Shown here: one piece after another, positions 1-11,810 of the stretch
Layout of the letters: each line of letters begins with the position of its first letter
How positions within the stretch are numbered: the first letter of the stretch is position 1
Assembly (NCBI GenBank): GCA_965202585.1
Contig: OZ241833.1
Coordinates: 1,054,001 to 1,118,000 of the forward strand
Origin: Thalia democratica
Lineage: Eukaryota
Direction of reading: 5' to 3'
DNA length: 64,000 nt
The notes under the pieces: generated by a model
What the model was told of the DNA's origin: nothing
Databases searched by the model: none
Seen by the model: the letters and a program-made list of their open reading frames with translations, nothing else
Made by a program: the position numbers and the translations under genes

Positions 1-3000
1 TATTGCGTTTACAGTTTTATTCATACTTGATTATGGGGTAAATTATAAAATTGTTAGGTTGTTTATCAGCACTTTATTTACCATAAAAATTTCTAAAAGT
101 GACAATTTTTTTTTCAGTTGCATGTAGTTTGAAATTCTTGGAAAAAGTCTTTAAGAGTCTAAACTTTATCAAAACCCGCCAAGAATGACTGCATTTCAAA
201 AATAACTGTAAAAATATAAAACAATATTAAGAAAGTTTTAAGTATTTTTTTTTTGTTTTTAGTTTTATTCATACTTGATTATGGAGTAACTTTTATAATT
301 GTTAGGTCGTTTATCACCACTTTATTTTCCAAGATAACTTCTAAAAGTGATAAGTTTGTTTATCCTAGTTGTATGAAGTTTGAAATTATTGAAAAAAGTC
401 TTTAAGAATCTCAACTTTATCAAAGTAAATTTGAACCGGCCAAGGGTGATAGTATTAAAAAGATAGTTGTGAAAATATAAAATCATTTTAAAAATGTTTG
501 TATTGTTTTGTAGTCTTTTTAGTTTTATTAATGTTTGATTGTTTAGCAAATTTTAAAATTGTTTAGCCAGATTAACTAGGATAATTTCTAAAATTATAAC
601 AATGTTTTTTCTAGTATCATTAAAATGTTTCACAGAGCCTCAGCTTTCTCACAGTACAGTCAAACTGGCTGAGAATGACTGAAATGAAAAGATAATTGTA
701 AAAATATAAACTTATTTTAAGAAAGGTTTAAGTGATACATTGTGTTATTAGTTTTTGTCATACTTGATTATGGGGTGACTTTTATAATTGTTAGGTCGTT
801 TATCAACGCTTTATTTACCAAAAAAACTTTAAAAAAAGATAAATTCTATTTTTCCTAGGCACATGAAGTTTGAAATTATTAAATTAAATTACTGCAATAA
901 AAACTTAATTATAGAAATATCAAATTATTTTAAGTAAGTTTTAAGTTTTTTGTTGCGTATTTAGTTTTATTTATACTTGATTATGGAGTTACTTTTCAAG
1001 TTGTTTTGCCGTTTTGCAACACTATAATTATTAAATTAACGTCTAAATGTGAAAACTTTGTTATTTCTAGTTTCATGTGGCAAAAAATTATTGAAAAAAA
1101 AAATTTAAGAGACTCAACTTTATCAAAAACCTGTCGAACCGGCCGAGTAATGCTACATTGAAAATATAATTGTAAAAATTTAAAATCAATTTAAGAAAGG
1201 TTTAAGTGTTTTGGTGCGTTTTAAGTTTCATTCCTACTCGGAAATGGTGCAATTATTTAAAAAATATTCGTCGTTTATTAATAAAATTTACTAAGATAAC
1301 TTCTAAAAGACATAACTTTGTTTTTCTAGTTGCAGTTAGATGAAGAATATCAGAAAATTTCTCATTTAGTCTCAGCTTTATCAAAGCCCAAGCGACCAAG
1401 CTAAAATGACTTTATTGCAAAAATAATTGTAAAAAAATAAATTTATTTAAGAAAGATTTAATTGTTTTGTTGTGTTTTTAGTTTTATTCATACTTGATTA
1501 TGGGGTAACTTTTATAATTGTTAGGTCGTTTATAAACGCTTTATTTACCAAGATAACTTTTAAAAGTGATAACTTTGTTTTTTCTATTTACATTTAGCTG
1601 AAAAATATTACAAAATATCTCATAGAGTATCAGCTTTATCAAAGCCCAGTCAAACCAGATAAGAATGACTGCATTGCAATATAATTATAAAATTTTTAAA
1701 TTATTTTAAGAAAGTTTTAAGTGTTTTGTTGTGTTTTAAATTTTATTCATACTTGATTATGGGGTAAATTTTATAATTGTTAGGTCGTTTATCAACGGTT
1801 TATTTACTGATATAACTTCTAAATGTGATAAATTTGATTTTCCTAGTCGCATGAAGTTTGAAATTATTGAATAATTCTTTGAAAGTCTCAACTTTATCAA
1901 AGTCCAGTCGAACTGGCCGAAGGTAACTGTAATAAAAAGATAGTTGTAAAAACGTATAATCAATTTAAGAAGTATTAAATTTGTAATGTTTTGTTAGTAT
2001 TAAATTTGTAGTCTGTTGTTCACTTCTTAATTTTATTGATGTTTGATTGTGGGTCAACAATAAAATCTTTTAATCTTTTATTAGCACTATATTTTCTAAG
2101 TTAACTTTTAAAAGTGATAACTCAATTTATTCTAGTTGCAAGTAGCTGAAAATTTTTAGAAAAAATCTCAGAGCGCCTCAGATTTCTCAGAGTACAGTCT
2201 AAATGGACGAGGATGACTACAATAAAAACTTAATTATAGAAATATTAAATTATTTTAAGAAAGTTTTAAGTTTTTATGGCGTATTTAGTTTTATTTATAC
2301 TTGATTAAGGAGTTACTTTCAAAATTGTTTTGTCGTTTTCTAACACTATAATTATTTAGATAACGTCTAAATGTGATAACTTTGTTATTCCTAGTTAAAT
2401 GTAGCTGAAAATTGTTGGAAAAAAAAGATTGAGAGTCTCAACTTTATCAAAAACCTGTCGAACCGGCCGAGTAATGCTACATTGGATAGATAATTGTAAA
2501 AATAAAATCAATTTAAGAAAGGTTTAAGTGTTTTGGTGCGTTTTAAGTTTCATTCCTACTTGGAAATGGTGCAAATATTCAAAAATGACTAGTCGTTTAT
2601 TAATTATATTTACTAAGATAACTTCTAAATGTGATAACTTTGTTTACTAGTTGCAGTTAATTTAAAAATATTAGAAAAGGTCTAGAGAGCCTCAGCTTTC
2701 TCCCAGTACAGTCGAACTCGCCAAGGATGACCGCTACGTGTAGATAATTGTAAAAGATTGAAACTATTTTAGGAAAGATTTAAGTGTTCTATTGTATTTT
2801 CAGTTCGTTCGTACTTGATTATGATGTAACTTTTATAATTAATAGGTCGTTTATCAACGCATTAATTACTAAAATAATTTTTAAAAGTGATACCTTTGGT
2901 TTTTTAATTGCATTTAGCTAAAAATTATTAGAAAATATCTTCTAGAACTCAGCTATATCAAATCCCAGTCGAACCAGCTAAGAATGACTGCATTGCAAAG

Positions 3001-3725
3001 ATAATTGCAGATAAATAAATTTTTTTTATTAATTAGTGTAATGTTTCGTTGCGTTTTCATTTTTTTTTCATACTTGATTATGGACAAACTTTTATAATTA
3101 TTCGGTCGTTTATCAACGCTTTATTTACCAAAATAAATTCTAAAAGTGATAACTTTGATTTTCTAGTTGCATTTAGGTGAAAATTTTTAGAAAATATCTT
3201 ATAGAATCTAAGCTTTACCGAAGCCCAGTCGAACGAGCTGAGAATGACTGCATTGCAAAGATAACTGTAGAAATATAAAATTATTTAAATAAATGGTGTA
3301 GTATTTGTTGCGTTTTTAGTTTTATTAATACTTAATTATGAGGTAACTTTTATAATTTTTAGGTCATTTAACAAAACTTTAATTACTAAGATATCTTCTA
3401 AAAGTGATAAATCTGATTTTCTAGTTGCATTTAGCTGTAAATTACTTTAAAATATCTCTCAGAGTATTAGCTATATCAAAGCCCAGTAAAACCATCTAAG
3501 AATAACTGCATTGCAAAGATAATCATAGAAATATGAAATTATTTTAATAGATGGTGTAGTGTTCTGTTGCGTTTTTAGTTTGTTTCATACATGACTATGG
3601 GGTAACTTTTATAATAGTTAGGTCGTTTTTCAACACTTTAATTACTAGGATAACTTCTAAAAGTGATACCTTTCTTTTCTAGTTGCATTTAGCTGAAAAT
3701 TATTAGAAAATATCTCATAGAATCT

Positions 3726-4509
3726 GCTCTAAACAAATTTATCAGTTGATTTATTACATATGCCACAAGTTATTTTACCACTTGGTTGTGTGGTTTTCTT
3801 TGAGGATTTGTATGAGAAAGTTGAGGCTGTAACAGCGGGTTTTGACATTGCATCACGTGACATCTCTTTTCTTTCAATAAAACTGATTGTCTCATTGACA
3901 TTTTTTTCATCTAGATTTTCCCATCCTTCTTTATGGATATCCTCATCGGCTTAACCTAGTTACCATGACATCTTTTCGGTTTATGTCTGTAAAATCTATC
4001 ATTTGATAACAGCCATCCTTTGGGCATTTACATGTGTACGATAAGCATTGGCTTTTCCCTTCAAACGTGCAGTAAATGAACGATTGTTTTCAGTTAAATC
4101 CTGTCTTGCACTAAGAACTCTGATCGTCGTACAACAACTGACACAAGAATAACTGTGAGCTGCTTTATCATCCTTAAAAGCTCTTGCTCACTTAAATTTA
4201 TTTACACCTTCATGTCCCTTCAGAGTAGCATCGTCTAAATCTTCCTCAAAGCACTGGTACAGTTGACGACGTTTTTTCACCTCTGTCATCTCCATGCTAT
4301 TTTTATAAATAGTCCACTTTTGTAAAAATATAATCTAACCCTCTTCTTTGCAGTATTCGAAGACGGTCCATCTTTGGAGGCTTTGGTTTTGAAGAATTTG
4401 CATTAATGTAAACATTGTTGTAGATGATGAGCAAAGAAGCAATTACGGAAGCATCGATGTCTGGTGTTTCATGAGTGCAACTCTAAAGAGGGCATTTAAT
4501 CACAGGCAT
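3726..4509 (-). pseudogene. Degenerate retrotransposon Gag-like ORF with several stops and frameshifts
   Basis: Manual translation from the ATG at 4509, stitched across frameshifts: MPVIKCPL*SCTHETPDIDASVIASLLIIYNNVYINANSSKPKPPKMDR..FLQKWTIYKNSMEMTEVKKRRQLYQCFEEDLDDATLKGHE..NLSEQELLRMIKQLTVILVSVVVRRSE..LSARQDLTENNRSFTARLKGKA..SYTCKCPKDGCYQMIDFTDINRKDVMVTRL..ADEDIHKEGWENLDEKNVNETISFIERKEMSRDAM..KITCGICNKSTDKFV*. The Cys-rich N-terminus, the RQ..E..RSF.ARLKGKA segment and the distal CxxC resemble invertebrate Ty3/Gypsy Gag. The family assignment is from recall, not from a database search. Confidence 0.72.
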
Positions 4510-4642
4510 TGTTGATTCAATTCAGCTAGACTTTATCACAAATAAATATATCTTTCATTGTTGAGTTAATTCACAAACTAATTACAAGAATGATAAAGTC
4601 TGTAATACAAAACATAATTAAAACTAGGTAAATACTTATACA
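3726..4642 (-). mobile_element. Truncated LTR-retrotransposon (Ty3/Gypsy-like) 5' fragment inserted in satellite A
   Basis: About 0.92 kb of non-satellite sequence. The satellite stops at ...CATAGAATCT (3725) and resumes at TGGTGTAG (4643). The minus strand carries a frameshifted gag-like reading. There is no TSD, protease or RT. The right junction is uncertain by about 40 bp. Confidence 0.7.
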
Positions 4643-7600
4643 TGGTGTAGTATTTTGTTGCGTTTTTAGTTTTATGCAAACTTGATTATGGTATAACTTT
4701 TAAAATTGTTAGGTCGTTTATCAACGCTTTAATTACTAAGATAACTTCTAAAAGTGATAAATTTGAATTTTTAGTTGGATTTAGCAGATAATTATTAAAA
4801 AATAACTCAGAGAGTCTCAGCTTTATCAAAGCCAAGTCGAATCAGCTAAAAATGACTGCATTGCAAAGTAAATGTAGAATATAAGATTATTTTAAGTAAG
4901 TTTTAAGTGTTTTGATGTGTATTTAGTTTTATTCAAACTTGATTATGGGGTAACTTTTACAATTGTTTAGTCGTTTACCAACACTTCATTTACTAAGATA
5001 ACTTCTAAGGTGATAACTTTGTTTTTTCTAGTCGCATTAGATAAAAACTATAAGAGATGTTTCAAAGAGCCTCTGCTTTTTCACAGTACAGTCGAACTGG
5101 CAGAGGATGATTGCAATGATAATATAATTCTAGATATATAAAATTATTTTAAGAAAGACTGAAGAGTTTGTTGTGTTTTTAATTTTATTCATACTTGATC
5201 ATACGTAACTTTTAAAATTATTTAGTCGTTTATCAACATTTTTTTTACTAAGTAACTTCTAAATGTGATAACTTTGTTTTTTTCTAGTCGCATGCAGTTT
5301 AAAATTATCGGAAAAAATATTTTAAAGTGTTAATTTCATAGTCCAGTTGAATCGGCTGAGGGTAACTGCAATAAATAGATAGTTGTAAAAACATTAAATC
5401 AATTTAAGAAAGTTTGTTATGTTTTGTTGTGTTTTGTAGTGTTTTTATTTATATTTATGTTTGATTATGAAGCAAATTAATAATTGTTTAGTCATTTATG
5501 AACACCATATTTACTAAGATAATTTCTAAAAATTTTAATATTGTTTTTTCTAATATAACTAGATGAAAATTATTAGAATATGTTTCATAGAACTTCAGCT
5601 TTCTCACAGTACAGTCGAACTGGCCGAGGATGACTGCAATAAGAAGATAGTTGTAGAAAAAAAAAATATTTGAAGAAAGTTTTAAGTGTTTTGTTGTGTT
5701 TTTAGTTTTTTTCATACTTGATTACAGGGTGACTTTTATAATTGCTACGTCGTTTATCAACGCTTTGTTTACAAAGATGACTTCTAAATATAATAATTAT
5801 GATTTTTAATTGCATTTAGCTGAAAATTATTAGTAAAAATCTCAGAGAGTCTGAGCTTTATCAAAGCCAAGTCGTAACAAAAAATAATGACTGCATTACA
5901 AAGTAATTGTAGAAACATAAAGGTATTTTAAGAATAAGGTTAGTATTTTGTTACGTTTTTAGTTTTATTCATACTTGATTATAGAGTAATTTTTATAATT
6001 GTTAGGGCGTTTATCAAAACTTTAATTACTTTAAAAACTTCTAAAAGTGATAAATTTGATTTTCTAGTTGCATTCAACAAAAGATTTTTAAACAATATTT
6101 CATAGAGTCTCAGTTTTATCAAATCCCAGTGAAACCAGCTAAGAATGACTGCACTAAAAAGTAAATTGTGAATTATAAAGTTCTTTAAGAAAGATTTAAA
6201 AGCTTTGTTGCGTTTTCAGTTTTATTCATACTTGATTATGGGGTAAATTATAAATTTGTTAGGTTGTTTATCAACACTTTATTTACAAAGATAACTTCTG
6301 AAATTGATAAATTTATTTTTTCAGTTGCATGTAGTTTGAAATTATTGTAAAAAGTCTTTGAGAGTCTCAACTCTATCAAAGCCCAGTCGAACCAGCCAAG
6401 AATGACTGCATTGCAATTATAATTGTAAAAGTATATAATTATTTTAAGAAAGTTTTAAATATTTTTTTTTGTTTTTAGTTCTATTCATACTTGATTATGG
6501 AGTAACTTTTATAATTATTATGTCGTTTATCACCACTTTATTTTCCAAGATAACTTCTAAAAGTGATAAGTTTGTTTTTTCCTAGTTGTATGAAGTTTGA
6601 AATTATTGAATAAAGTCTTTAAGAATCTCAACTTTATCAAAGTAAATTCGAACCGGCCAAAGGTGATAGTATTAAAAAGATAGTTGTGAAAATATAAAAT
6701 CATTATATAAATGTTTGTAATGTTTTGTAGTCTTTTTGGTTTTATTAATGTTTGATTGTTTAGCAAATTTAAAATTGTTTAGCCATTTACTATCACCATA
6801 TTAACTAAGATAAATTCTAAAATTATAACATTGTTTTTTCTAGTGTCATTAAAATGTTTCACAGAGCCTCAGCTTTCTTACAGTACAGTCGAACTGGCCG
6901 AGAATGACTGAAATGAAAAGAAAATTGTAAAAATATAAAATTATTTTAAGAAAGGTTTAAGTGATACATTGTGTTATTAGTATTTTTTCATACTTGATTA
7001 TGGGGTGATTTTTATAGTTGTTAGGTCGTTTATCAACGCTTTATTTACCAAGATAACTACTAATAGTGATGAATTTAATATTCTAGTTCATTAAGCGGAA
7101 TATCATTAGAAAATAACTCAGAGAGTCGCAGCTTTATGTATGCCCAGTCGAACCAGCTAAAATTGAGTGTATTGTAAAGTAATTGTAGAAACTTTGAATT
7201 ATTTTAAGAAAGATTTAAGTGTTTTGTTGTGTTTTAAATTTTATTCATACTTAATTATGGGGTAACTTTTATAATTTTTAGGTCGTTTATCAACGCTTTA
7301 TTTACCAAGAAAACGTTTAAAAGTGATAAATTTTATTTTTCATAGGCACACGAAGTTTGAAATTATTGAATAATTCTTTGAGAGTCTTAACTTTATCAAA
7401 GTCCAGTCGAACCGGCCGAAGGTAACTGTAATAAAAAGATAGTTGTAAAAACGTATAATCAATTTAAGAAGTATTGAACTTGTAATGTTTTGTTAGTATT
7501 AAATTTGTAGTGTATTGTTCTCTTCTTAATTTTATTGATGTTTGATTGTGGGTCAATAATTAAATTTTTATAATCTTTTATTAGCACTATAATTACTAAG

Positions 7601-10600
7601 TTAACTTTTAAAAGTGATAACTCTATTTTTTCTAGTTGCAAGTAGCTGAAAATTTTTAGAAAATGTCTCAGAGCGCCTCAGATTTCTCAGAGTACAGTCT
7701 AAACGAAAGACGATGACTGCAATAAAAACTTAATTTTAGAAATATCAAATTATTTTAAGAAAGTTTTAAGTTTTTTGTTGCGTTTTTTGTTTTATTTATA
7801 CTTGATTATGGAGTTACTTTTAAAGATGTTTTGCCGTTTTCCAACACTATAATTATTAAATTAACGTCTAAATGTAATAACTTTGTTATTTCTAGTTTCA
7901 TGTAGCTAAAAATTATTGGAAAAAAATCTTTTAGAGACTCAACTTTATCAAAAACCTGTCGAACAGGCCGAGTAATGCTACATTGAAAATATAATTGTAA
8001 AAATTTAAAATCAATTTAAGAAAGGTATAAGTGTTTTGGTGCGTTTTAAGTTTCATTCCTACTTGAAAATGGTTCAATTATTAAAAAAATATTTGTCGTT
8101 TATTAATAAAATTTACTAAGATAACTTCTAAAATCGATAATATTGTTTTTCTAGTTGCAGTTAGATGATTAATATCAGAAAATTTCTAATATAGTCTCAG
8201 CTTTATCAAAGCCCGAGCTAAAATGACTTTATTGCAAAAATAATTGTAAAAAATTAAATTTATTTAAGAAAGATTTAATTGTTTTGTTGTGTTTTCAGTT
8301 TTATTCATACTTGATTATGGGGTAACTTTTATAATTGTTAGGTCGTTTATCAACGCTTTATTTACCAAGATAACTTTTAAAAGTGATAACTTTGTTTTTT
8401 CTATTTACATTTAGCTGAAAAATATTACAAAATATCTCATAGAGTATCAGCTTTATCAAAGCCCAGTCAAACCAGATAAGAATGACTGCATTGCAATATA
8501 ATTATAAAATTATTAAATTATTTTAAGAAAGTTTTAAGTGTTTTGTTGTCTTTTAAATTTTATTCATACTTGATTATGGGGTAAATTATATAATTGTTAG
8601 GTCGTTTATCAACGATTTATTTACAAATATAACTTCTAAATGTGATAAATTTGATTTTTCCTAGTCGCATGAAGTTTGAAATTATTGAATAATTCTTTGA
8701 GATTCTCAACTTTATCAAAGTCCAGTCGAACTGGCCGAGGATGACTGTAATAAAAAGATAGTTGTAAAAATCTATAATCAATTTAAGAAGTAGTGTATTT
8801 GTAATGTATTGTAAGTAGTAAATTTGTAGTGCATTGTTCTGTTCTTAATTTTATTGATGTTTCATGGTGGGTGAACAATTGAAATTGTTTAATCTTATAT
8901 TAGCACTATATTTACTTAGTCAACTTTTAAAAGTGATAACTCTATTTTTTCTAGTTGAAAGTAGCTGAAAATTTTTAGAAAATGTCTCAGAGCGCCTCAG
9001 ATTTCTCAGAGTACAGTCTAAATGGACGAGAATGACTGCATAGAAAACTTAATTATAGAAATATTAATTTATTTTAAGAAAGTTTTAAGTCTTTTGTTGC
9101 GTATTTAGTTTTATTTATACTTGATTATGGAGTTACGTTTAAAATTGTTTTGTCGTTTTCTAACACTATAATTATTAAGATAACGTCTAAATGTGATAAC
9201 TTTGTTATTTCTAGTTGAATGTAGCTAAAAAATTGTTGGAAAAAAAAGGTTGTAAGTCTCAACTTTATTAAAAACCTTTCGAACCGGCCGAGTAATGCTA
9301 CATTGGATAGATAATTGTAAAAATTTAAAATCTATTTAAGAAAGGTTTAAGTGTTTTGGTGCGTTTTAAATTTTATTCATATTTAAATATACGAAACTTT
9401 TAAAATTATTTAGTTGTTTATCAACATTTTTTTTACAAAGATAAGTTCTATAAGGTATAACTTTGTTTTTTTTAGTCGTATTAAATGAAAACTATTAGAA
9501 AATGTTTTAGTTAGCCTCAGATTTCTCATAGTACAGTTGAACTTGCCGAAGATGACTCTTAAAAAAATATAATTGTAGAAATATAAAATTATTTTAAAAA
9601 ACATTTAAGTGTGTTGTTGTGTTTTAAATATTAATCATACTTGATTTTACGTAAATTTTCAAGTTTTTAGTCGTTTTTCAACGCTTTAAATACAAATATA
9701 ACCTCTAAAAGTAAAAAAAAATATTCTTGAGTTAGATTTAGATGGAAGTTATTAGAAAATATCTCATTGAGTTTCAGCTTTGTCAAAGTTTAGTCAAATC
9801 AGCGAAGAATGACTGCATTGCTTAGATGATTGTAAAAATATATAGTTACTTTAAGAAATGGTGTAAAGTTTTAATCCTTTTTTAGCTTTATTCATACTTG
9901 ATCATGGGGTAACTTTTATAATTGATAGTTCAAATATCAATACTTAAATTACTAAAATAACAAAGTGATAACTTTGTTTTTTCTATTTACAATAAGCTTA
10001 AAATAATTAGAAAATATCTCAGAGAGTATCAGCTTTACCAAAGCCAAGTCTAACCAGCTAAGAATGACTGCATTGCAAAAATAATTGTAGAAATATAAAA
10101 TTGTTTTAACAAAGAGTTAAAAGTTTTGTTGCGTTTTTAGTTTTATTCATACTTGATTGCGGAGTAACTTTTATAAATGTTAGGTCGTTTATCGACATTT
10201 AATTACTAAGATAACTTCTAAAAGTTATCACCTTTGTTTTTTCTAGTCGCTTGCAGTTTGAAATTAGTAAAAAAAGTCTCCGAGAGTCTCAGCTTTATGA
10301 AAGTCCAGTCGAACCAGCCAAGAATGATTGCATAAAAAAGATAATTGTAGAAATATATATATATTTTATTTTAAGAAAGTTTTAAGTGTCTAGTTCAGTT
10401 TTTAGTTTTATTTATAGTTGATTATGGGGTAACTTTTATATTAATAGGTCGTTTACCAACGCTTTATTACTTTATTACTTTAAAAAGTGATAAATTTGAT
10501 TTTCTAGTAGCTTTTAGCTGAAAGTTTTTAGAAAATATCTAATATAGTGTCAGCTCTATCAAAGCCTAATCGAACTGGTCAAGGATTACTTTAATATAAG

Positions 10601-11810
10601 ATAACGGTAGAAAAACACTTTCATTTAAGGAAAATTGAGTGTTTTGTTGTGTTTTTGGTTTTGTTCATACTTGATTATGGGCTAAATTTTTTTATATGTT
10701 AGGTCGTTTATTAACGCTTCATTTACCAAGATAACTTCCAAAAGTGATAACTTAGTTTTTCTATTTACATTTAGCTAAAAATTATTAGAAAATATCGCAG
10801 AGAGTGTCAGGTTTATCAAAACCCAGTTGAACCAGCTAAGAATGACTGCTTTGCAAATTAATTGTAGAAATGTTAAATTATTTTTAATAAGTTTTAAGTT
10901 TTTTGTTTTGTTTTTATTTTAATTTATATCTTATTATGTAGTAACTTTAAAAATTGCTTGGCCCTTATCAACGCTTTATTTACCAAGATAACTTCTAAAA
11001 ATAAATTTGATTTTTTCTAGTCGCCTGCAGTTTGAAAACATTTGATAATTCTTTCAGAGTCTTAACTTTATCAAAGTCAAGTCGAAACAGCCGAGGGTAA
11101 CTACAATAAAAAGACAGTTGTAAAATTACAATATCTTTAAATAAAGAGTCTTTTGTTTTATATTTTTTTTTAGTTTTATTAATATTTGATTGTGAAAAAA
11201 AATTAGAAATTATTTAGTCATTTATGAACAACAAATTCACTAAGATAGTTTATTTAATTGAAAACTTTGTTTTTTCTAGTTGCATTATTTAAATATTATT
11301 AGAAAATGTTTTAAAGAGCCTCAGCTTTCTCACAGTACAGTCAAAATGGCCGAGTTGATTGTAATGAAAAAATAATTGTAGAACCATAAAATTATTTTAA
11401 GAAACGTTTGAGTGTTTTTTTGTGCATTTCGTTCTATTCATACTTATTTATGGGGTAACTATTATAACTGTTAGGTCGTTTATCAACACTTTATTTAGCA
11501 AGATAAATTCTTAACTTAAAAAAATTGATTTTCTAGTTGCATTAGGCTGAAAATTATTAGAAAATATCTCATAGAGTCACAGCTTTATCAAAGCCAAGTC
11601 GAACCAGCTAAATATGACTGCATTGCAAAGTAATTGTAGAGATATACATTTATTTTAGGAAAGATTTAAGTGTTTTGATATGTTTTAAATTTTATTTACA
11701 CTTGATTATGGGGTAATTTTTATAATTGTTAGGTCGTTTATCAAAGCTTTATTTACCAAGATAACTTCTAAAAGTGATAACTTTTTTATATCTGTTTATA
11801 TTTAGCTAAA

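Larger units (their letters stand above)
1..11810 (+). repeat. Satellite family A, array 1 (~258-259 bp monomers, about 42 copies, heterogeneous variants, interrupted by a gag fragment)
   Basis: The anchor TACTTGATTATGGGG..TTAGGTCGTTTATCAAC..AAGATAACTTCTAAAAGTGATA..GCTTTATCAAAGCCCAGTCGAACCAGCTAAGAATGACTGCATTGC recurs (e.g. 24, 272, 761, 974, 1235, 1491, 1750), with typical spacing of 250-260 bp. The array runs off the left edge of the window. Confidence 0.97.

Noticed and set aside
3760-3954. Plus-strand 64-aa ORF MPQVILPLG...
   Set aside because: It is the antisense shadow of the open minus-strand gag segment (ADEDIHKEGWENLDEK...).
4636-4650. ACATGGTGTAG as an LTR end plus primer-binding site
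   Set aside because: It is on the wrong strand relative to the minus-strand gag, and TGGTGTAG is ordinary satellite A consensus.
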